A stretch of 32,577 nucleotides of DNA from contig NW_021832154.1 in the NCBI RefSeq assembly GCF_006345805.1, forward strand, positions 1-32,577, in the 5' to 3' direction. The stretch is from Octopus sinensis. Lineage: Eukaryota. Of this stretch, positions 23,900 through 32,577 are shown in pieces. The notes below the pieces were generated by a model that did not search any database, was not told the origin of the DNA, and saw only the letters and a program-made list of their open reading frames with translations. The translations under genes and the position numbers were made by a program. Positions within the stretch are counted from its first letter, which is position 1. Every line of letters begins with the position of its first letter.

Positions 23900-24614
23900 A
23901 ATTATATTAACAAATGTTTCTATTTTTTAAACATGGCCAACAATTTTGAGAGAGTCGACATCATAGAACACATGATGTGATTGGTATTATAGTTTATCGA
24001 TCCCGGATAAGTCAAAGTTGACCTCGTTGGGATTTGAAATCAGACCATAAAAAAAGAGAGAACAAATAGAGAATATTATTTACAGTGATACCCAAACGAT
24101 TCTACCAATTCGTTGCCTTTAGCAGTGGTTTTGAAGAGAAAGGTGGAGCAGGTGTCGGTGATCCCCCACAAAGTTCTTGACAGGTATTTTGTTTTATCGC
24201 TCCCAACGAGAATGAAATTCGTAGTAGAGCTCGGCCGAGATTGGGACTCAGAATCTAAGGAGCCGTGGCAAATACCACCGCGCATTTTTACCAACTCCCT
24301 CACAGTTCTGCTTATAACCTTTACAAAAGGCCGTAGGTCAGAAATATAGAGAGGGGTGTTAATCGATTATATATCATCATCATCATCTTCGTTGTCATCA
24401 TCATCAGCAGCAGCAACAGCAACAACAGTACCACAGCAGTAGCAGCAGTAGTACCCCCAGCAGCAGTAGTAGCAGCTGTAGCATTGGTAGGCGCAGCAGC
24501 ACCACCAGCTCCATAATCTTCATCATTAACCACTGGGTATTACTATCTTGGTCCCAAACCTTATAGGGTCAGTTATCTGGTTTCCCTGGCACGTAAGTTA
24601 TGTAAGTAACTGAG

Positions 24615-24780
24615 ATCACAACATACGCCCTCATCACTAAACGGGACGCCAGTCCACTGCAGGGTCCCTCATTATTTATAAGTAAGTGCACTGGAGAACA
24701 CAACGCGTCGCCCGGTCTAGGAATCAAAGCCACAGTCTTAAAATCATGAGTCCAACACCGTAACCACTGAGTCACGCGCT
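24615..24780 (-). mobile_element. Diverged tRNA-derived SINE
   Basis: Minus strand: agcgcgtgactcagtggttacgg..ggctttgattcctagacc.. then accctgcagtggactggcgtcccgt. Confidence 0.6.
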
Positions 24781-25159
24781 TTTTGTATAAACCCCAACAG
24801 GAATGATGTGTGAAAGAAGTAAATATAAAACGTTGTTCTGTTTTAACGGAAGGCTTTTTACAAATGCTCTCATCTCTCGGCCAAACGATCAACGCATCGA
24901 TAATGGAAACAAATATCTTCAGCTACAACGTGCATTAAACAAAGAATGGCTGGTCAGAATAAACAATTATTCAGCTAAGCACACAATACGAAATACACAT
25001 ATCAACAAAGGGCATTGGTTGTGGAAGCTGCAGAGTCCGTGGTTGTAAAGAATGGGCGATAGAAATTTATTTAGTAACGTTCTAAATAAGGGAAGATGAT
25101 AGAAGGCAAGTTTGTTAGTGATAGCTACGCTAAGAGTAATAATTCTTTCGAAATAAGGG

Positions 25160-25318
25160 GGAGGGGGGTTAGTCGATTACATTGACCGCAGTGCTCGATC
25201 CCTAAAGAACGAAAGGCAAAATCGACCTTGGTGGAATTTGGAACGTAAACAGCCGGAAGAAACAACGCTACGCATTTTTGAGCGGCACACTAATGATTCT
25301 TCCTGCTGGCCACCTTTG
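25160..25318 (-). mobile_element. SINE family A, diverged
   Basis: ttagtcgattacattgacc..aaaggcaaaatcgaccttggtggaatttg..aatgattcttcctgctggcc resembles the reverse-complemented family consensus. Confidence 0.65.
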
Positions 25319-25523
25319 TTAAAATTTCAGTTTATTCTAGAAACAGCGCTGAAAAATTTGTTCTCCCCAACATCGCTTGACAACCGATTGACACAAGACA
25401 ATTCATGTTATTTCCCTTATCTCACGATTGTTTAAATTATGCAAATTAGCTGGACCGTATATGTTTTCGACTTGTTTTTGCACGCCGAAGTCTCTTACCT
25501 ACAAGAGTTAAGGTCGAAACGTT

Positions 25524-25566
25524 GTCGTGCTGATGACACCTATTGTGGTAGAAACATGTCTGTGAC
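25524..25566 (+). ncRNA. Minimal type I hammerhead ribozyme motif
   Basis: gtcgtg-CTGATGA-c acc tattgt ggt a-GAAA-c at g-TC-tgtgac; palindromic ACATGT stem III, GUC triplet, 6-bp stem I with three G-U pairs. Confidence 0.6.
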
Positions 25567-26024
25567 TGTCCTCTTATTTCCAGATTATAAACCTGTCTTT
25601 CTCCTTAACGGCATGCTAGGTTTGGAGGAAGTCTTTAATCTTGAGATTATCTCTACTTCTCGATTGGTGCTGGTCTCAATAACATTTTGGTAATGTTGAT
25701 GCATCTTTTAGCGGTGGGGGATTATTTGAATAAGTGAAAACTTTATGCTGTATGGTATTTGATACACCTGTATTAGGTACTTTAGTAGAAATAAAGAAAA
25801 AAGAATTACAGCAACAGACAACCTTGAAACATAAGATCTGAGAATCCGAGATTGTCTCTAATGGCACCGACCCTGTTTTCTTGCTCTTTTTCTGTTATGC
25901 ACAGCAGCGGACGCTAGAGGTCGCTATTTAGCGATTAGGAAGTACGAGGTACGATCTAGAAAGCAATACAGATACTACATCAGGTAAAGGCACCATACAG
26001 AGTGGACGGCAAAACGGTAGGAAG

Positions 26025-28213
26025 TGCGTGTGTGCATGCGCGTGTGTGAAATGTGTGTGTCTGTGTGTAGTGTGTATGTGTGTGTTGTATCTGCGTACGT
26101 TGCGTGTATAAGTGTGTGTGAGAGTTGTGTGTGTACTTGTGCGTCTTGCGTTGTGTGTGTGTATATGTGTCTGTGTATTGTGCTGTGTATATGTATGTGT
26201 ATGTACGTAGGTGTGCTCTGTTGTGTATGTGCATGTGTGTGTATGTGTCTTGCGTGTGTGTGTGTGTGTGTATGCATGTTTGAGTGCGTTGGTATGTCTG
26301 TGTGTATGTGTATATGTGTGTATGTGTGTGAGTGTGTGAGTGTATATATGTGTGTGTTTCAGCGTATGTGTGTGTGAGTGACTGTATATGTGTGTGTGTG
26401 AGTGTGTGTGTATGTGTGTGTATGTGCGTGCGAATGCGTGTGTGTGTGGGTGTCTCCCTGGAGAAAATGGCAAATTGAGATAAATTTTTCATCTGAAATT
26501 CTATATAAATATAATGAACACAATAACCAAGTCGGATGTATGCGTGAATGCGTGCGCGTGTTGGTTGTGGTCATGTTTTTAGTAGTAGCGGTGGCGATGG
26601 AGGTGATTGTGGTGGTGGTAGCGGTAGTGCTGGTAGTAGTGGGGTTAGAAGTGGTGGCGGTTTCGGTGTTGGCTGTGGTGGCGGTGGAGGTGGTCGTGGC
26701 GGTCACGTTAGGGATAGTGGTATTGGTGATAGTGGCGGAGGTTTTGATGGTGTTGGCATTTTTTCGCGGTGGTATTGGTGGTGGAGGGAGTGTTGTTGTT
26801 GTTGTTTTTGGTAGTGGTGGTGGTGGTGGTGGTGGTGGTGGTGGTGGCGGCGGTGGTGAAGGTGGTGGCGGTGTTGGTAGTGGTGACAGGCGTGGTGGTG
26901 GTGGTGGTGGTGGTGGTGGCGGCATTGGTGGTGGTGATGGCGATGGTGACGGAGATGGTAGGGGTGACAGTGACGGTGGTGGTGACGGTGGTGGTAACGT
27001 TTGCAGTAGTAGTAGTAGTAGTTGTAGTGATGGTGATAGTGGTGTCGATCGTGGTGATAGTGATAGGTCAGGTTTACATACGATGCGAAATGGTGGCAGC
27101 GGCGACGGGGGCGGCGGTAGCGGTGGCAGAGGGTGGATGGGTGTGAAAGGAGGCGGAAACAGTTGTCGTCTGCGTAAATAAATAATTAAAGGAAACAAAT
27201 AGATAAATCTATCAACGATAAAAAAACAAAAACAATAAGATGTGAGAAGATTATGAAAGATGGCGGAGGGGGAGAAGGGAAGAAAGAGAAGACGGAGGTG
27301 GAGAAGGGGAAGGAAGGAGGAAAAGGAGAAAAGTAGGAGGAAGAAGGGGAGGGTGAGGATTAGACGGAGGTAAGGAAATTTTAATGTAAAGGGGAGTGGG
27401 GTGGCGGAATGAAGGATAACAATGGAGGAGCAAAAGAGAAATGAATAATTAATTGTAATGTTTGTGAGAATTAGTTTGAATTGGTATTGGACAAATGGTA
27501 TGAGAGAGAGGGAGAGGGGGAGAGAGAAGGGGAGAAGGAGGAGAGAGGGTGTGAGGTGGGAGAGGGGAAAAGGGTAGGAGAATGGGAGGGAGAGGAGACA
27601 GAGAAGAGGGAGAGGTAAATGGGGAGGTAAAGGGGGAGGTAAAGGGGGAGAGAGTGGGGAGATGGTAAAAGAGAGAGTGAGAGAGAAGGGGAGTGAGAAA
27701 GAGAGGGAGTAGAGAAAGGGAAATGGCGGGAAAGAAGGTAGAGGGGCGGGTGGTAAAGGGAGAGAGAGAAAAGCGAGAGGGGAGAGAGAAGGGGAGAGAG
27801 TGTGAGAAGGAGGAAAGAAGGTGTGAGGTGGAGAGAAAAGGGGAGGAGAATGGGAGGGAGAGGAGACAGGAGTGGGAGAGGTAATAGGAGAGGTAAGGGG
27901 GAGAGAGTAAGCGAGAGAGGGGGAGTGAGAAAGAGAAAGGGAGGGGAAGGAGATAGAGGTAAAGGAGAGGTAAAGTGGAAAGGTGGAAAAGAGGGGGAGG
28001 AGAGTGCATAGAGATGGGGGGGGAAGGGGGAGGAGGAAAGAGAGGGATGAAAGAGAGAAGAGGAGAGAGAATGGAGATAGAGAAGAGAGAGAGAGGAGTG
28101 AGAGGGGAGAGAGATGGTCATCTTCAACCTCAACAATAACCGCAGCAGTGATGATAATAATAATTATCATTATAATAACAACAAAAACAACAACAACAAC
28201 AACAACAATAATA

Positions 28214-28270
<57 letters not shown>
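26025..28270. repeat. Contiguous low-complexity blocks: (GT)n mosaic, (GGT/GGC/GTA)n, GA-rich polypurine tract, (AAC/AAT)n
   Basis: Direct reading; source of the 667-aa, 259-aa and other spurious ORFs. Confidence 0.92.
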
Positions 28271-29245
28271 TTCGCTATTAAGCACTGAAGGTTTACAAGC
28301 AGATCGATAACAATAGTGAGGAAAACTTTCTTGGGTTGAAAGTGGATGTCCCACAAAACCACGATGTTCTTGGCCGTTAGGGCAAAGTGCCCTTTCCCAA
28401 TCCTCCTCCCTCAACCAATAGATGAATGCTTAAAGTAAGCCTGTAACATTGTTTTCAAAGTTTGATACAAGGACAGTGATTTTAAGGGAGGGGTAACTGT
28501 TGATTATATGCCCACCCCCCAAGTGATTGGTAATTCTTTTATCAACACCGAAGGGAAGGGATGGAAAGCGAAGAAGACATTGGCAGGATTTGAACTCACA
28601 AAGTAAAGGCGGAGGAAATGCCCCTAAGAGATGGATGATTAAAATATAGAAGACGAAAACGTTGACGAAAATAATAAGAATGAGGAAGTTGGTAGATATG
28701 ATACTAATGCTGATAATAGGAATGGTAATAATGGCGATAACTTTATGTGAAACAGTTACAGCTGAAAATCCATTTTGTGGGGACTGCAATACATTAACTG
28801 CAAATATATTTAACGAACGATCATATCAACATAACCATTCGTTCCAGAAATTCGGAACGATCGTTGGACACAGATTTAACAGTAGATAATAAGTTTATAT
28901 TTTATCTTTCCTTTTTCGTTTTTTATTGGTGTTTGAGATATCTTATATCGTCGTTTTCAATTTAGCCACCACCCAAGTATATAATATTTGCTGAAAATAA
29001 AGTAGCTCACAATTCAGAATTTCGTTATATGATCAGCGGCGGAACCCAACTATATCTTTGTAGCAACTGAAATCAAGTCAAAACACTAAAGTATATGATT
29101 ACATTCGTCATCTCTGTTGAGTGTATATTTTATATCATTTGTAAATTCAAACGTTCGTATGCTCACCCCGCTATATGTAATGTGTGTGTGTGAGTGTGTG
29201 TGTGTGTGTATATATACATACATGCGCATAAGCACACACATATAA

Positions 29246-29288
<43 letters not shown>

Positions 29289-29545
29289 AACATACGTACA
29301 TATGTGGTGATTACTCCCTCTTCAAAGAAGATTACCACCTCGTGCTCTCTCCGTATTTATGGCATTTCTGACTCGCCGACCATGGCCTCTCAAAGGACTA
29401 TTCAAAGGGATATTCAGCCTCACAGCTTTGTAAATGTACGCGACCAGCTATTCAGGTCTGGATACTTCTCCATTCTTCCATCGCCATAATCTTTCAATAA
29501 ATGGAATGGTAAATGAAACTTAAGGTCACCAGTATCAAACACAAG

Positions 29546-29878
29546 TACCCCCTTCGGTTATGAGTGACCATGGGATAGCGTAGACTTGTCCCCTCTGAAG
29601 GACAAGTCTAGGCAAGGTGGGTTATGGAAAACTAGCAGTCGCCCATGCATACCAGCCTCCCCTCTCCACGACACCGATGTTATCCAAGGAAGAGGCAAAG
29701 AGGCCGATACAGCTTGGCACCAGTGACGTCACAATTAATTTCTACAGCTGAGTGAACTCAAGCAATGTGAGATAAAGTGTCTTGTTCAAGAATACAACAT
29801 AGCCCGGTTCGAGTAAGGAACTCACTACCACATGATTGTGAATCCGACGCTCTACCACTGATCCATGTTCCTTTTCAC
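29546..29878 (-). mobile_element. tRNA-derived SINE (family C-related) with distinct 3' tail
   Basis: Minus strand: ggatcagtggtagagcgtcggattcacaatc..gttgtattcttgaacaagacactttatctcac..cactcagctgtagaaat..ccatggtcactcataaccgaaggggg. Confidence 0.72.
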
Positions 29879-29890
29879 GCATATATATAT

Positions 29891-30720
29891 GTCTGATTAA
29901 TAAGTATCCGGCCTGTTGCCATAGTAATGAAGCTAAATCACTCAGAAGGAAACCACTTGGCACAGATTGACCTTGAACTCTTTTGTGAGTGTGCACTAAG
30001 TTTTAACATTCTAACCCATTTCTGATGTTTATATCAATGCTTGGAAGGAAGGTGTGTAGCGTGATATTGTCTCATTAACTATGGCAGAGGAAGTTGTCAT
30101 GGTGATACCTGTAGAGAGGCCGGCGCAAAGTTGTAGAAAGTGTATGGAGAAGAGTGTATGATCTGCACACAAGTGTACGAGTGGTTTAGATGTTTCCAAG
30201 ATGGCCGAAAAATGTCGATATTGACGAACGTTCTGGGAGATCCGCAACCAGCAGAACTGACAAAAACATCACAGATGTGTGTGCAGCTGTGAGGGGAAAT
30301 CGTCAAATCACCATCCATGAGTTATCAGAGAATGTGCTGATTAGATTTTAGTATGAGACGCGTGTTTACCAAGTTTGTGCCAAAACTGCTTCCAGTTAAC
30401 CAAGAAAACACCCGACTTTCAGTTGCACAAAATCTCTGTGATTGTCTCGAGAACGACAAAACATTTGAAAATTTGAGTAGGCCTCTCAGCAGGTATCGCC
30501 AAGATTTTGGCAAAATTTTATGTAGATTTTCTTCTCAACTTTCTGTTATGTTCAATGCGATGATCACATGCTACACACGTGCTTTCCAAGTGCTGTCCTG
30601 AACAGCAGAAGTAAGCTAGAACGTTAAAACTTAGTGTACTTGCACAGTAGAGGATGTGCTAAGCAGCTTCACTCTGCGTGCTTCATCTTCGTTACTATGG
30701 CAACAGCCCGAATACTTATT
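29891..30720 (+). mobile_element. Decayed mariner (Tc1/mariner) derivative composed of two 5' ends in inverted orientation
   Basis: Plus: GDTCREAGAKL*KVYGEECM..QVYEWFRCFQDGR..DERSGR..TDKNI..ITIHEL../MRRVFTKFVPKLL (mariner N-terminal HTH region). Minus 30465-30535: IYIKFCQNLGDTC*EAY. Arms 29899-30100 and about 30535-30720 are inverted homologues. Confidence 0.88.
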
Positions 30721-31140
30721 ACCCCGAAGGGGGTACTTGTATTTGACACTGGTGACCTTAAGTTTCATTTGTAATTCCATCTATTGAAAGACTTATGGCG
30801 ATGGAAGAATGGAGAAGTATGCAGACCTGAATAGCTGACCGCGTATATATATATAGACATATACAAACAGCTCATATAAAATACTTTGAAGATAGATAGA
30901 TAAAATTTACTTTCAGCCACCAAAGAAAGAGTAAGTGTTGAGTATATCGATCTGTCAATACTCATGATTTCTTGATCTATTGCTTCATTGTCTCTCGTAG
31001 CCTGGAGGAAGGCATCGAGCGCGTAACCTAGGGCATCAACGGAATGAATCATAAAGTTCGTGACGTAAATATACAAAAGTCCACGGTAATACTGAAAGCT
31101 ATATAAACCTTGCAGTTAGCGGGCTTCCTTCTATATACAT

Positions 31141-31310
31141 ACAGGCTGTGTGGTAAGTAGCTTGCTAACGAACCACATGGTGCCGGGCTCAGTCCCACTG
31201 CGTGGCACCTTGGGCAAGTGTCTTCTACTATAGCTTCGGGCGACCAAAGCCTTCTGAGTGGATTTGGTAGACGGAAACTGAAAGAAGCCATCGTATATAT
31301 GTATGTGTTG

Positions 31311-31345
<35 letters not shown>

Positions 31346-31620
31346 TATATATATTATATATATATATATATTATATATAATATATATTTATTTATTTATG
31401 TATGTGTGTGTATATATTTGTGTGTCCGTTTGTCCCCTTCCCACATCGCTTGACAACCGATGCTGGTGTGTTTAAGTCCCCGAACTTAGCGGTTCGGCAA
31501 TAGTGAACCGATAGATTAAGTACTAGGCTTACAAAGAATAAGTCTTGGGGTCGATTTGATCGAGTAAGGCGATACTCCAGCATGGTGACAGTAAAATGAC
31601 TGAACACAGTAAGAGAGTAT
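31141..31620 (+). mobile_element. SINE family B full length with expanded internal (TA)n
   Basis: ggctgtgtggtaagtagc..ggcaccttgggcaagtgtcttctactatagc..gaaactgaaagaagcc..ccagcatggtgacagtaaaatgactgaa. Confidence 0.88.
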
Positions 31621-31623
31621 ATA

Positions 31624-31656
<33 letters not shown>

Positions 31657-31684
31657 ATATCTATATATATATATATATATATAG

Positions 31685-31723
<39 letters not shown>

Positions 31724-32020
31724 AATATATACATGTATACGGACCACATGTATGTATGTGTCTCTGCGTCCAGGTTTGACAAAGGTGTGGTGTGCTTTTG
31801 TTCTTGTAACTTGCACTTCGACACAAGGAACTGATAGCGCAAGTACTATGCTTAAATTTAAACTAAAAATTCGCCAAGGCGATGCCCAGCAGGGCCGCTG
31901 TCTAATGACCGAAAGAAGCATATGCGAGAAAAGATTTTATATATATATAATATATATATATATATATGTATATATATAATATATGCAAACGTACGTACAA
32001 TTATATATGAAATATATACA

Positions 32021-32085
<65 letters not shown>

Positions 32086-32577
32086 AGCTATTTAGATACA
32101 TCAATAGAAAATAGACAAAAGAGGGACAAAGAGACAGATGGATACATTGTGCACACACACACATACATATACACAGATACATATATACCGATATCTACGT
32201 GGATAATTGTATACAAATGTGCTTACAAATCTATGCTAGTAATTATACACCATACACGCATACACGTCTATGATACTTTCTACACACTCACAAATAGATA
32301 CACATACACAATCACACCCACATAAAAACAGGATTTATACATTTTATCTTCAGATGTTTATCGTCATCGTTATAAACGAGAAGCAAACCAATTATGACGC
32401 TGTTTTGCTCGTATCTTAATGACATATCACATGGTATCGCCTCGTATCACATGGTAGCTAATTCATGTCATATCCAGCCACCATATTTATGTTACGTTTA
32501 TTGGGCAAAAATTGTTTCCGCTTTATCTTCGGATTTCTTTAATTTCTCTTCATTACATTAGCTTGATAGTCTAGTTT

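Noticed and set aside
25584-25689. Possible 106-bp plus-strand exon (DYKPVFLLNGMLGLEEVFNLEIISTSRLVLVSITFW)
   Set aside because: Weak donor, acceptor lies beside the hammerhead repeat, and phase is incompatible with the next candidate.
26359-28362. 667-aa ORF and overlapping 259/221/186-aa ORFs (Pro/Leu/Ser/Gly/Val-rich)
   Set aside because: Entirely translations of simple repeats that lack stop codons on the C-rich strand; no domain, and several frames are open at once.
28662-28889. 75-aa ORF that looks like a signal peptide plus CxxC
   Set aside because: The hydrophobic part derives from a decayed (RAT)n trinucleotide tract; non-ATG annotated start and no other support.

Overview
Eukaryotic, AT-rich, repeat-saturated non-coding DNA with no intact gene, CRISPR array or rRNA. 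The SINE repertoire, dense (TA)n/(CA)n/(AAT)n/(CTAT)n microsatellites and R4/Dong-type LINE point to an octopus (coleoid cephalopod) intron or intergenic region; this is my inference, not a database result. Recognisable content: a decayed CR1-group LINE reverse transcriptase (1-1452, -), a 5'-truncated R4/Dong-like RLE LINE between (TAA)n tracts (8945-10331, +), about 15 tRNA-derived SINE copies from several families, a GG-ended MITE with 29-bp TIRs and an 8-bp TSD that carries (TTAGGG)3, a mariner relic built from two 5' ends, and a decayed CCHC zinc-knuckle ORF. The most interesting unexplained signal is a set of four to five type I hammerhead-ribozyme folds from unrelated short repeats (12371-12453 +, 15998-16057 -, 16241-16305 +, 25524-25566 +, variant 15641-15678 -), suggesting Penelope-like or retrozyme families. 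There is also an excess of long palindromes (2971-3190, 4285-4442, 20968-21221, nested 29437-30845). A few weak splice-bounded exon candidates exist. Nearly all long ORFs in the supplied track are microsatellite translation artefacts.
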